A stretch of DNA of 64,000 nucleotides, from assembly GCA_003213495.1 (NCBI GenBank), contig QCMW01000001.1, positions 810,181 to 874,180 on the forward strand, written 5' to 3'. Origin of the DNA: SAR86 cluster bacterium AG-422-O05. GTDB taxonomy: Bacteria > Pseudomonadota > Gammaproteobacteria > Magnimaribacterales > D2472. Of the stretch, positions 50,498-60,099 are shown piece by piece (the first letter of the stretch is position 1; each line of letters starts with the position of its first letter). The translations under genes were made by a program, and so were the position numbers. The notes under the pieces are model-generated. The model was not told the origin of the DNA, made no database searches, and saw only the letters and a list, made by a program, of their open reading frames with translations.

Positions 50498-53275
50498 ATG
50501 TTAAATTTTAAGAAATATTTATTTTCAACTATTCTGACTGTTGCGTTCTCAATTTCTATTTTTGCTCAAGAAGTAGAAGAAGTTGTAGTTACCGCAACCA
50601 AAAAAGAAGAATCAACACAGGACATTGCTATCTCGGTTGAAGCTTTTACTGCCGATATGCTTGCAGATGAGCAAATATATGACCTATCAGACTTGACCGA
50701 AGTTGTACCAGGATTTGGTTTTGGTAAAGGTATAGGATCTGGCTCAGCGTTTTCAATGCGTGGTATCGGTTCATATGGTATTGGTGCTGCTGTTGTTTCA
50801 TCATTAGTTACCAATATGAACGGTCACAGTGTTGGAACTGGTCAATTTGTTGACCTTGGATTTATGGATTTAGAGAGGGTTGAGGTATTAAAAGGACCTC
50901 AAGGCACTTTAAATGGTAGAAACTCAGTTCAAGGGGTTATTAACCTAATTACAAAAAGACCTACATCGGAATTAGGCGGCTATATCGATGTCGAAGGTGG
51001 TAATTTTGGTAGGTCTCTAATGAAGGGCGCAGTAAATATACCAATTTCTGATAGCGTTAATTCAAGAATAGCTTTTATGTCTAATAGAAGGGACGGTATG
51101 ATTCATAATCCAAATACAGGTACTGACTTTGATGATAGAAGCGATGTTGGGTTAAGAATTTCATTAGATTGGGATATTAGTGATACAACAGATCTTAAAT
51201 TTACATATTCGGGACAAGAAAGTGATGATAATAGACCACAAGAAGAGGTATCTTTTTGTGCTCAAGATCAATTCTTTGGTTGCTCGCCTTATGAAAGAGG
51301 AGGTCTTAACCAAGCTGCAGATACAAGAGGTCATGTTGCAGGCTTATTTGGTTTCTACTCATTAATCGATCCAGGAACAATTGTTAATAAATATGGCCCA
51401 TCTCTTTCAGATGGTTTTGATGAGTTATATCTAGATAGAATACCAACTCATTATCAACAATCAGAAGTCACAAATTTAGAGCTCACTCATGATCTAAATG
51501 ATGATTTAACCATGATTGTTAAATATACATATTCAACAAGAGATTTCCATCAAATGAATGATAATGATGGAAGTATATCTAATGTTCCATTATTAGGTGT
51601 AGGAGCATCTTTAGGGCTGCCTCCAGTTGAAGCAACTGTTTGTTTTGGTGGCGATATTCAATTTTGTGAAATGGCTAATTCTGACAGAACCTATGACTTC
51701 TCTGATGTAGAAACAGAAAATAAACAAGCTGAAATTAATATTGTTTCTGACTACGATGGTTCGTTTAACTATACAGCTGGGTATTATTGGTATGATGATA
51801 CTACTGATAATGAGTATAGAGTTCAAACTATGGGCACTCAGTTAATTGGAGATTTTGGTGCTCATCCATATGCTCCAGTATTATTTGGTTTAACAGGTTT
51901 AGATTATTCTAATAAAGGTGGATTTGCTTTTTATAGTCAATTACTTCAACTTATGGCTGTAATTCCAAGTGTTCAACAAGTTCAGGCCGGTTTAATTACA
52001 GGTGCACAAGCAGCTGCAGTTCTTCAAGCTTATGGGGGTATTGTTGCAGGTATTAATGCAATGCCTGATATGACAGTTCCTGTTGATTTAAGAGGTACTC
52101 TAAGTGATCAACATGTTAGAACAAAATCACAAGCACTTTATGGTGAAATGTATTTTGATCTTAATGAAGACACAATGTTAACTATTGGTGCAAGGTATGA
52201 CGACTTCTTGGTTGATAGTTCAAACTTCAATGATTTAGTTGGAAGACAATATGTTGCAAGAGGCGGTAATGCCTATGCAAACCCTAGAGATATACCTGGA
52301 ATGTTGCAAAAAAGAACTGTTACAGATACTTCATCTTCATACAAAGTTGCTTTACAACATTATTTAAGTGAAGACGTAATGGTCTATGGTAGTTATACAA
52401 CTGCTACAAAAGCTGGTGGTGTTAATGCTGGATCAAGTTCTAGTACATATGATCCAGAAGAAACTGGAGTGCTTGATCTTGGTTTAAAAGGTATTTTCCT
52501 CGATGGAGCAATGTTGTTAAATATGAACATCTTCAGAAATGATAATAAAGGTATGCTATTGGCTGCTATTGTTGATGATGCAAGTATTAACTACAACCTT
52601 GATGCAGAAATTACTGGCTTTGAAGGACTAATGTCCTTTTTCCCATCTGAAACAGTTCAGATTCAATTTAGTTGGTTAATGATTGATAATGAAATCACAT
52701 CAGATACATCTATTATTAATTATTTAGACCCAGTTGGTGGTCAGTTAGTTGCTTATCTTGGAGCAGTAGACCCAAATGGAACTGGTGCTATAACTGGTGC
52801 AGCTTTTAGCAATGGAATAAACTTATTTAAATCAGGTGGATTTAACTGTTTGGCTCCACAATTTGCTCCAGCAGCAGGTTTGCCTTGTCCAGTAGCTCAA
52901 GGTGTTCCTCAAAGCTTACAAGGAAATCAACTTCCAAACACAGCTGATCTTGAATATAGCTTATCTCTGACAAAAGTTTTCCCTGGAGCTAATGGTGAGA
53001 CTTCTGCAAGACTCTCTTACAGATATAGAGATGAATCAAATTCAAGTGCTTTTGAAATGGAAAGAATGAAAATTCCAGCTAACAAATATTTTGATATGTT
53101 AGTTAAATTTACTCCAAATGATGGTGACTGGTATGTTGGGGTCTATGGTAAAAACCTTGCTGATGATAGACAGCTTCAGTTCTTAAGGACTGCAAGTAAC
53201 CTTCAGGGTGGACAGCTATATGGCTCTTTCTCAGATCCAAGAACCTGGGGATTACAATTTGGTTTTGATTTTTAA
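50498..53275 (+). CDS. TonB-dependent receptor, paralogue of the upstream gene
   Basis: Its plug is nearly identical to the neighbour's ('QEVEEVVVTATKKEESTQDIAISVEAFTA', 'LERVEVLKGPQGTLNGRNS'). 925 aa with a C-terminal Phe. Confidence 0.85.
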   Translation: MLNFKKYLFSTILTVAFSISIFAQEVEEVVVTATKKEESTQDIAISVEAFTADMLADEQIYDLSDLTEVVPGFGFGKGIGSGSAFSMRGIGSYGIGAAVVSSLVTNMNGHSVGTGQFVDLGFMDLERVEVLKGPQGTLNGRNSVQGVINLITKRPTSELGGYIDVEGGNFGRSLMKGAVNIPISDSVNSRIAFMSNRRDGMIHNPNTGTDFDDRSDVGLRISLDWDISDTTDLKFTYSGQESDDNRPQEEVSFCAQDQFFGCSPYERGGLNQAADTRGHVAGLFGFYSLIDPGTIVNKYGPSLSDGFDELYLDRIPTHYQQSEVTNLELTHDLNDDLTMIVKYTYSTRDFHQMNDNDGSISNVPLLGVGASLGLPPVEATVCFGGDIQFCEMANSDRTYDFSDVETENKQAEINIVSDYDGSFNYTAGYYWYDDTTDNEYRVQTMGTQLIGDFGAHPYAPVLFGLTGLDYSNKGGFAFYSQLLQLMAVIPSVQQVQAGLITGAQAAAVLQAYGGIVAGINAMPDMTVPVDLRGTLSDQHVRTKSQALYGEMYFDLNEDTMLTIGARYDDFLVDSSNFNDLVGRQYVARGGNAYANPRDIPGMLQKRTVTDTSSSYKVALQHYLSEDVMVYGSYTTATKAGGVNAGSSSSTYDPEETGVLDLGLKGIFLDGAMLLNMNIFRNDNKGMLLAAIVDDASINYNLDAEITGFEGLMSFFPSETVQIQFSWLMIDNEITSDTSIINYLDPVGGQLVAYLGAVDPNGTGAITGAAFSNGINLFKSGGFNCLAPQFAPAAGLPCPVAQGVPQSLQGNQLPNTADLEYSLSLTKVFPGANGETSARLSYRYRDESNSSAFEMERMKIPANKYFDMLVKFTPNDGDWYVGVYGKNLADDRQLQFLRTASNLQGGQLYGSFSDPRTWGLQFGFDF

Positions 53276-53289
53276 TCAATAACTTTTAC

Positions 53290-53321
53290 AAAAAGCCCAG
53301 TTACTCACTGGGCTTTTTTTT
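53290..53321 (+). terminator. Rho-independent terminator
   Basis: AAAAAGCCCAG-TTACTCA-CTGGGCTTTTT followed by a T tract. Confidence 0.7.
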
Positions 53322-53333
53322 ATTTATACTAAG

Positions 53334-53816
53334 ATGATGCAGCAACTACCTTACATACATGATGTGATTATAGTTTCTAAGGAAATGTGTGATCATAATG
53401 GCCATATGAATGTTAATTACTACTATAAATTGTTTGATAGCACATACACATCTTTTTACATTGATGAATTAAACTTTGATCAATCTTATCTTGAAAGTGG
53501 ATTTTCTACTTTTACACTCGAGGACAACATAAGATATCTAAAAGAGTTTAAATTAAATGAAACTGTTCATCCCTCGTTTGTCTTACATAAAGTTAATAAA
53601 AAATTAATGCACTTTGTTGGAATTTTAAAAAATAAAGAGAATCAGATTGCGGCAATTTTTGAAACGATACTTGGTCATATTGATCTCAAAAAAAGGAAAA
53701 TTGTTAATTTTCCTGACGATAGATTTCAGCATATATTGAATGTATGTAATGAGCAAAATAAAAATATTGAATTACCATTTGATGTTAAGCTTTATATAAA
53801 AGATATAAATGCGTAA
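53334..53816 (+). CDS. Hotdog-fold thioesterase-like protein
   Basis: 'CDHNGHMNVNYYYKLFD' resembles the 4HBT/YbgC-type catalytic region. 160 aa. Confidence 0.55.
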   Translation: MMQQLPYIHDVIIVSKEMCDHNGHMNVNYYYKLFDSTYTSFYIDELNFDQSYLESGFSTFTLEDNIRYLKEFKLNETVHPSFVLHKVNKKLMHFVGILKNKENQIAAIFETILGHIDLKKRKIVNFPDDRFQHILNVCNEQNKNIELPFDVKLYIKDINA

Positions 53817-54801
53817 TTCTTTATTCTTAATATTAATATCTTATTCATTATCAATATTTAGTTTTGAATTCAGTGTTATGACCCTAAATGCTCAAAATTT
53901 ATTTGATACGATTGATGATCCAAAAAAGAATGATAAGGCTTATTTACCCATTGAATTAAAGCAGTCAAAAAAACATATTAATTCATGTAATACTATTAGG
54001 GTTAAATCCTGGAAAGATGAATGCTTGAATCTTGATTGGGATGAGACAACAAAAAACACTAAGTTGCATAACTTAGCAGCAGAAATTCTAAAATATGATA
54101 ATTCTGGTCCAGATATATTAGCTCTTCAAGAAGTTGAAAATTCTAATATATTGTCTCAATTATTTAATTTACTTGAGCCACATGGTTACAAGAATTTTGC
54201 TTTGGTTGAAGGGGATGATTACAGAGGCATTGATAATGCCATAATCTCTAAATTTAGTATCATTAATACAAAACTTCACTATATTTCATTTACCGGTGAC
54301 AATGAGGATAAAGATACTCGACCAATAATGGAATCAACTCTAATCGTTAATGATAAAAAATTAAGAATTTATAATGTTCACTTTCCAGCTGGGTATCATC
54401 CGGTTTCTATGAGAATAGACTCTTTAAACACCTTAAGAAGTTTGTTAAATGAACATCAATATCCCTCTATTGCCCTAGGTGATTTTAATATTAATCAAAA
54501 AGAGGACTCACAATTAGGCATATATGCTTCACAAGAAAAATCTTGGAGTATCGCACATTTAGTTGGCTGTTATGATTGCAAAGGTACACATTATTATTCT
54601 TATGGAAATTCTTGGAGCTTTCTGGATACAATCTTTCTATCTTTAGATAGAGGAGTTAGCTTTATGCCAGACTCAATAACGGTGCATATTACGGAAACAA
54701 ACTCATATAGTGAATCTCAAAAACCTAAAAGATTTGATCCAATAACAGGAAAGGGTGTATCAGACCATTTACCGGTTGTAGCAAAATTAATTTTTGATTA
54801 A
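53809..54801 (+). CDS. Endonuclease/exonuclease/phosphatase (EEP) family protein, secreted
   Basis: 'MTLNAQNLFD', 'ILALQEVEN', 'GDFN' and 'SDHLPV'. 330 aa with a signal-like N-terminus. Confidence 0.75.
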   Translation: MRNSLFLILISYSLSIFSFEFSVMTLNAQNLFDTIDDPKKNDKAYLPIELKQSKKHINSCNTIRVKSWKDECLNLDWDETTKNTKLHNLAAEILKYDNSGPDILALQEVENSNILSQLFNLLEPHGYKNFALVEGDDYRGIDNAIISKFSIINTKLHYISFTGDNEDKDTRPIMESTLIVNDKKLRIYNVHFPAGYHPVSMRIDSLNTLRSLLNEHQYPSIALGDFNINQKEDSQLGIYASQEKSWSIAHLVGCYDCKGTHYYSYGNSWSFLDTIFLSLDRGVSFMPDSITVHITETNSYSESQKPKRFDPITGKGVSDHLPVVAKLIFD

Positions 54802-54819
54802 TATCGTTTGATATTGTGT

Positions 54820-55221
54820 TTAATTATGACAGTCATCGCATTCTAGATTTTTACATGCACGATGATTTTGAAAATGAGCAAAAGCGACGATAAATGAGCC
54901 TATTGTAGTAAGAAAATGTTCTCCGGATTCACCAATATTACCTTCCCCAAGAATTACAGCAAGCGTCATCAAGATTAGGCCAATAATACCAATATAAAAA
55001 AAAGAATATGTTTGATGATTTTTAAAGCCTATGAATAACGCTAATAAACTAATAGGTACTGCAGTGCAAAGTATTAAATAGTGAACAAGTTCACTTTCCA
55101 GTGAAAATGATAAAAAACTATATGAAAAAATTATTAATGAGGGAGCAAAAAAACAATGAATAACGCAAACCATAGAAAGACTTGCAGCAAGCTTATCGCT
55201 TCTCATTTGAGCTTTGATCAC
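54820..55221 (-). CDS. MerC-domain-like membrane protein
   Basis: Four TM segments. The first carries 'VCVIHCFFAP' (the C-x-x-H-C pattern of MerC-domain proteins). Cys/His-rich tail 'HRACKNLECDDCHN'. Confidence 0.5.
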   Translation of the reverse strand: MIKAQMRSDKLAASLSMVCVIHCFFAPSLIIFSYSFLSFSLESELVHYLILCTAVPISLLALFIGFKNHQTYSFFYIGIIGLILMTLAVILGEGNIGESGEHFLTTIGSFIVAFAHFQNHRACKNLECDDCHN

Positions 55222-55620
55222 TTACTGTCTCCAACCGCCTCTATCAAATACTCTAAGGTAGGTCAGTTGATCATGATCTGAATCATTAACTACTTTGCAG
55301 TAATCACCGGACTCAACAAGTATTACATCTCCAGCAGAAAGTTCATAAGAGTCTTTATGCTCAATACCATGCGATGGATTAGAACCATGACCTTCGTCAG
55401 TATTCATGTACTCTACAATTTCCATCGTACCTCTACCATTTGTAATAATGTAAACAACATCTGAATCTATGAGCTTATGGCCAATTGTAGATTTACCTGG
55501 TTGTATAACAGTTTTACTTGCAATAATTCTTTGCAATAGATCATTTGACCATACTGTGTAGTCATCTGTTACTTTCTGTGGAGAGCCACCTATTCTAAAA
55601 TTAGTATATTTTTTAGCCAT
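55222..55620 (-). CDS. Cupin-fold protein
   Basis: 132 aa, beta-rich. 'GHKL.DSDVVYIITNGRGTMEI...GDVILVESGDY' has a cupin-like two-motif layout. Its stop abuts the MerC-like start. Confidence 0.5.
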   Translation of the reverse strand: MAKKYTNFRIGGSPQKVTDDYTVWSNDLLQRIIASKTVIQPGKSTIGHKLIDSDVVYIITNGRGTMEIVEYMNTDEGHGSNPSHGIEHKDSYELSAGDVILVESGDYCKVVNDSDHDQLTYLRVFDRGGWRQ

Positions 55621-55751
55621 ATTAATTTTCCTTCGCTAATTATAATTATATAGAAATAATATTCTAGTATATATAAATTAAAGGGTGTTGTTATGAAACA
55701 ATATTTACTATACTTAACTTATCAATTTCTTAGAAAAGGGGAGTATTCATA

Positions 55752-57044
55752 ATGAGTAAAACATATAGCAATCCAGAGACAATAGGCCTTCATGCAGGAT
55801 GGAGAAAAGACGATAATACAAACTCTGTTGCGGTTCCAATTCATCAAACTACAAGTTTTCAGTTTGATGACACTGAGCACGCTGCTAACCTATTTGCACT
55901 ATCAGAATTAGGAAATATTTATTCTAGAATTATGAATCCTACATGTGCAGTACTTGAGGATAGAATTGCTGCCCTTGAGGGTGGTGTTGGTGCACTAGCT
56001 GTTGCTTCAGGTCAAGCAGCATCAGCTGTAGCTATTCAAAATTTGGCAACTAATGGAGATAATATTGTTGTTTCCTCGCATCTTTATGGCGGAACATACA
56101 ATCTATTTAAAAATGTTTTATCAGATATGGGTATTGAAGCACGGTTTGTAGATCCGGCTGACCCTGATAATTTTCTTAAAGCAACTGATGAAAATACAAG
56201 AGCATACTATGGAGAAGTATTACCTAATCCTAGTTTTGAAGTTTTTCCAATTTCTGAAGTTGCTGAAATAGGAAAACCTTTAGGAATCCCATTAATAGTT
56301 GACAATACTGCTGCTCCAGTTATTTGTAAGCCATTTGATCATGGTGCTGCTATTTCTATGCATTCAACTACAAAGTTTATTGGAGGTCATGGCACTTCAA
56401 TAGGTGGAATTATTATTGATAGTGGTAATTTTGATTGGGAAGCTGTTCCTGAAAGACAGCCAGCTCTAAATACACCTGACCCTTCATACGGTGGAGCAAT
56501 TTGGACAGAAGCCGTAAAACCTTTAGGACCAATAGCGTACATCTTAAAAGCAAGGACAACTATTTTAAGAGATATGGGAGCAGCTATGAGTCCATTCAAC
56601 GCATTTATGTTTATACAAGGACTTGAAACTTTAGCATTAAGAATGAGAGAACATAGCAGTAATGCTCAAAAAGTTGCTGAATATCTCTCAAATCACGATT
56701 CTGTTGAAAGAGTTAGCTACCCATCTTTAATGGATGGATATGCAAAAGAAAGAGCTGAAAAGTATTTAACTCGAGGAAATGGCGGTCTTATGGGATTTGA
56801 GATAAAAGGTGGCAGAGAATCAGGTGAGAAGTTTATCAATGCACTGGAGATGGTTTATCATGTTGCAAACATTGGTGACTCAAGAAGTCTAGCAATTCAC
56901 CCTGGAAGCACCACTCACAGCCAGTTAAACGAGGAAGAGCTTTTAGCGGCAGGTATCACACCTGGCTATGTCAGACTCTCAATAGGCTTAGAGCATGTTG
57001 ATGATATTATTGCAGACTTTGAGCAAGCCTTATCTAAGATATAA
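55752..57044 (+). CDS. metY: O-acetylhomoserine sulfhydrylase
   Basis: '[17 protein letters not shown]', '[15 protein letters not shown]' (PLP lysine) and 'IRLSIGLEH'. 430 aa. Confidence 0.9.
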   Translation: MSKTYSNPETIGLHAGWRKDDNTNSVAVPIHQTTSFQFDDTEHAANLFALSELGNIYSRIMNPTCAVLEDRIAALEGGVGALAVASGQAASAVAIQNLATNGDNIVVSSHLYGGTYNLFKNVLSDMGIEARFVDPADPDNFLKATDENTRAYYGEVLPNPSFEVFPISEVAEIGKPLGIPLIVDNTAAPVICKPFDHGAAISMHSTTKFIGGHGTSIGGIIIDSGNFDWEAVPERQPALNTPDPSYGGAIWTEAVKPLGPIAYILKARTTILRDMGAAMSPFNAFMFIQGLETLALRMREHSSNAQKVAEYLSNHDSVERVSYPSLMDGYAKERAEKYLTRGNGGLMGFEIKGGRESGEKFINALEMVYHVANIGDSRSLAIHPGSTTHSQLNEEELLAAGITPGYVRLSIGLEHVDDIIADFEQALSKI

Positions 57045-57049
57045 AAAAT

Positions 57050-57562
57050 TTGAGTCAAGAATTAATCACTTACATTGTTCTTGGCTCATCTGAAAGGTTA
57101 AAAAATTTAAAAAAACCTGATCTTGATAACTCAGAAGAATATATATTTGCTAATTTCACAGACAAAGATCAAATAGTTTTAACCATCGACGATCTTGTTG
57201 CAAAAGCTAAAGGTAGAATTATTGTTTTATTACCTCCGTCATGCATGCCAGATAAGAGATCTAAGAATGCATTAAAAAAGATATCAATGATAGATATATC
57301 AACCTGGGGATGGTTTGAAATTAAGAATAAAGAAAAAGATATTTTAAAAAGTTTAAAGAAATTTTCAGTAAATATAAGAAGCATACCAACTATTGAACAG
57401 GGTATTTACTTTAATAAAAGATTATATTTTTCTGTTGGAGGGGTTGGTGAGTTTGGATCAAAACCATTTAAAGAAATTTCTAAAAGATTTTATACACGAA
57501 TTGATCCACAAAATCCGCTTCCCTCACTTATAATAAGAACCAAAAATTTTAACCTTTTTTAA
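57050..57562 (+). CDS. Hypothetical protein
   Basis: 170 aa with a TTG start. Vague resemblance to a GT-A glycosyltransferase fragment, not supportable by eye. Confidence 0.35.
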   Translation: MSQELITYIVLGSSERLKNLKKPDLDNSEEYIFANFTDKDQIVLTIDDLVAKAKGRIIVLLPPSCMPDKRSKNALKKISMIDISTWGWFEIKNKEKDILKSLKKFSVNIRSIPTIEQGIYFNKRLYFSVGGVGEFGSKPFKEISKRFYTRIDPQNPLPSLIIRTKNFNLF

Positions 57563-57566
57563 TTCT

Positions 57567-58139
57567 ATGCACGACATCTTAATAATCGCAGATAATCTAT
57601 CTTATAAAATTAATGAAAATAGACTATTTAGTGGTATTTCATTTTCTCTGAAAAAGGGTGAGTGTTTACATATTAAGGGCTCTAATGGCTCGGGCAAATC
57701 AACATTACTTAGAATTATTCTTGGAATAACTAGTCCTACAAAAGGAGAAATTAAAACTTACGTTAAAAAAAATATTACTTATCTGGGGCATAAAAACGCT
57801 CTCAAATCTTATTTATCTGTTGAAGATAATATTACGCTAATGGGATTGTCAAATCACAAGGATTTAAAAGAATATCTTGAAAAATTAAGTTTAAAAGAAC
57901 TGCTAGATATCAAGGTTGCAAATCTATCTTATGGTCAGCAAAAGAAATTAGCACTTTTAAGAATATTTTTGGGTAATACAAATTTAATTGTTTTAGATGA
58001 ACCTTTTGTTGGTTTGGATATAGAAAACCAAAATATTTTGAGTAACTTTTTAAATAAACAGTTGCAAAAAGAAAGAGGAATTATTTTTACCTCTCACATA
58101 AATTGTGATGTTGATTCCAAAACTTTAAAAATAGATTAG
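57567..58139 (+). CDS. ccmA: Cytochrome c biogenesis heme exporter ATPase CcmA
   Basis: Walker A 'GSNGSGKSTLLR', signature 'LSYGQQKKL' and Walker B 'LIVLDEP'. First gene of the ccm cluster. Confidence 0.85.
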   Translation: MHDILIIADNLSYKINENRLFSGISFSLKKGECLHIKGSNGSGKSTLLRIILGITSPTKGEIKTYVKKNITYLGHKNALKSYLSVEDNITLMGLSNHKDLKEYLEKLSLKELLDIKVANLSYGQQKKLALLRIFLGNTNLIVLDEPFVGLDIENQNILSNFLNKQLQKERGIIFTSHINCDVDSKTLKID

Positions 58140-58141
58140 AC

Positions 58142-58789
58142 ATGAAATATTTAAGATTAGAAGTACTAAAACTCAGAAAGAAAACAAGAAGTTGGCTTGG
58201 ACCTATTCTGGTTTTTTGGTTAATAATGTTAGCTTATCCGTTAACAATTGAAGTTAGTCCAAAAAATTTAGAAATTGGTTTTTTTTCAGTGCTATGGATA
58301 GCTATTCTTTTATCAATGATGTTTGCGACTGAAGACATTTTTACTGAAGATTATAATGATGGATATCTTGAGCAGAGTTTGATTAGTGAAACATCTTTTA
58401 GTTATCTGGTAGGATTAAGGGTTTTGATTCATTGGTTGTTAATTGGTATACCCATTTCACTATTAGGTTTTGTCTTCTCACTAGGCACCACTGAAAATTT
58501 ATCTTTAAGCTTGTTAATATTGCCTTTTGCAATGATGAGCTCATATATTTTTCTTAATCTTTTTGTATTAGGAAATTCATTAAGTCTTAATAAAGGATCA
58601 GTTCTTGGTGCAATTATCACTTTGCCAATGGCTTTACCAGTTTTAATTGTGTTAGGCAAAAGCATTACGGCAATTCAACTAGAAATCAATTACTCAGGTT
58701 TTATCTTTTTATTATTAGGTAGTTTATCTATTATAATAGTGACAATACCTATAGTTGTATCATTTATAATTAAAGCTCATCTAGAATAA
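58142..58789 (+). CDS. ccmB: Heme exporter protein CcmB
   Basis: Six TM segments. 'EDIFTEDYNDGYLEQ' aligns with E. coli CcmB 'RLFRDDLQDGSLEQ'. Confidence 0.8.
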   Translation: MKYLRLEVLKLRKKTRSWLGPILVFWLIMLAYPLTIEVSPKNLEIGFFSVLWIAILLSMMFATEDIFTEDYNDGYLEQSLISETSFSYLVGLRVLIHWLLIGIPISLLGFVFSLGTTENLSLSLLILPFAMMSSYIFLNLFVLGNSLSLNKGSVLGAIITLPMALPVLIVLGKSITAIQLEINYSGFIFLLLGSLSIIIVTIPIVVSFIIKAHLE

Positions 58790-58810
58790 GAGTTCAGCAC
58801 ACAAATAAAA

Positions 58811-59542
58811 GTGATTAAAAATTTTATACATCAATTTGCTTCGCCAAAGACTTATATGTTTCAAGTTGAAAGGGCATACAAGTTCATATTATATTCTTCT
58901 TTAATTATATATATTGTCTCCTTGATTTGGGGCCTATTATTTACTCAAGAGGACTTTGTTCAAGGCAATTCCTACAGAATTATTTATCTTCACGTTCCTG
59001 CATCCTTTTTATCACAATCATTATATATATCGATGGCTGTGGCCAGTTTTGTTTATATTGTTTGGAGGGTTAAATTGGCAGCTTATTTAGTAATTTCAAT
59101 TGCTCCGATAGGCGCACTTACTACATTTATAGCCCTCACGTCTGGATCAATTTGGGGAATACCTACATGGGGTACTTGGTGGCAATGGGATGCAAGAATT
59201 ACTTCAACCTTGATTCTTTTTATTATGTATCTAGGCTTGATTTCATTGCACAGTTCATTTAGCAATTATGAAAAAGCGGATAAATTATTATCATGGTTGG
59301 CTATTGTTGGAGCAATCAACATTCCAATAATAAAAAAATCAGTTGATTGGTGGAGCACATTACATCAGTCAGCATCAATTACTCTTACGGATAAGCCTTC
59401 TATAGATCCATCAATGTTATATCCTTTAATAGGTTCAATGATTGGTTTTTTTGGAATAATAATCTCCTTGGTAATAATATCCTCAAAATATCAGATATTT
59501 TTACGAGAAAAAAATAAATCATGGATTAAAGAATATGTTTGA
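58811..59542 (+). CDS. ccmC: Heme exporter protein CcmC
   Basis: WWD motif 'WGTWWQWDARIT' and 'YLHVPAS'. GTG start. Confidence 0.9.
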   Translation: MIKNFIHQFASPKTYMFQVERAYKFILYSSLIIYIVSLIWGLLFTQEDFVQGNSYRIIYLHVPASFLSQSLYISMAVASFVYIVWRVKLAAYLVISIAPIGALTTFIALTSGSIWGIPTWGTWWQWDARITSTLILFIMYLGLISLHSSFSNYEKADKLLSWLAIVGAINIPIIKKSVDWWSTLHQSASITLTDKPSIDPSMLYPLIGSMIGFFGIIISLVIISSKYQIFLREKNKSWIKEYV

Positions 59543-59702
59543 TTTTGCTTTTAATTCAATAGGTGAGGCCATATATATGAATGGACACGGAATATATGTA
59601 TGGTCAGTTGTGATATTGGTTTTGATAAGTCTGTTATCATTTTTTATTGGCTATAACTTAAAAATTAAGAAATTGAAGAAAAAATTTAATGAATCCAACT
59701 AG
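59535..59702 (+). CDS. ccmD: Heme exporter protein CcmD (55 aa, absent from the ORF track)
   Basis: My own translation: MFDFAFNSIGEAIYMNGHGIYVWSVVILVLISLLSFFIGYNLKIKKLKKKFNESN. 'GHGIYVWSV' matches the CcmD 'GGYGFYVW' motif. Overlaps ccmC by 8 nt and ccmE by 14 nt. Confidence 0.7.
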   Translation: MFDFAFNSIGEAIYMNGHGIYVWSVVILVLISLLSFFIGYNLKIKKLKKKFNESN

Positions 59703-60099
59703 AAAAAGAAGAATCTATAATATCTTATTTGTTCTTCTATTCTCGATAAGTGGAATCTTTATGATTTTATATTCCCTTAATACAAATTTAGATTATTTCT
59801 TCACTCCATCGGAGCTTAATAATAAAGAAATATCCTCAAATAAAAGAATTAAAATAGGCGGGATGGTTTTAAGTGGGTCGGTAAAACGACAAGGATCGGT
59901 GATATCTTTTGTTATTACTGACTACGAAAACTCAATTGATGTGATTTATGAGGGTATCGTACCTGACTTATTTAAAGAGGACAGTGGAGTGGTTGCTCTT
60001 GGTTATTTACAGAATGATATATTCGAAGCAGAAGAGGTCCTCGCGAAGCACGATGAAAATTACATGCCTCCAAGTATAGAAATTAAAAATGATAATTGA
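59689..60099 (+). CDS. ccmE: Heme chaperone CcmE
   Basis: The heme-binding His context 'VLAKHDENYMPP' is almost identical to E. coli. N-terminal TM anchor. Confidence 0.9.
   Translation: MNPTRKRRIYNILFVLLFSISGIFMILYSLNTNLDYFFTPSELNNKEISSNKRIKIGGMVLSGSVKRQGSVISFVITDYENSIDVIYEGIVPDLFKEDSGVVALGYLQNDIFEAEEVLAKHDENYMPPSIEIKNDN

Noticed and set aside
55621-55751. Possible SAM-type riboswitch in the 131-nt leader of metY
   Set aside because: Marine bacteria often have SAM-II or SAM-V elements upstream of metY. However, I could not identify the conserved pseudoknot or AAAGCU-type core, or a convincing stem arrangement, by eye. A covariance-model scan (Rfam SAM-II, SAM-V, SAM/SAH) would be decisive.
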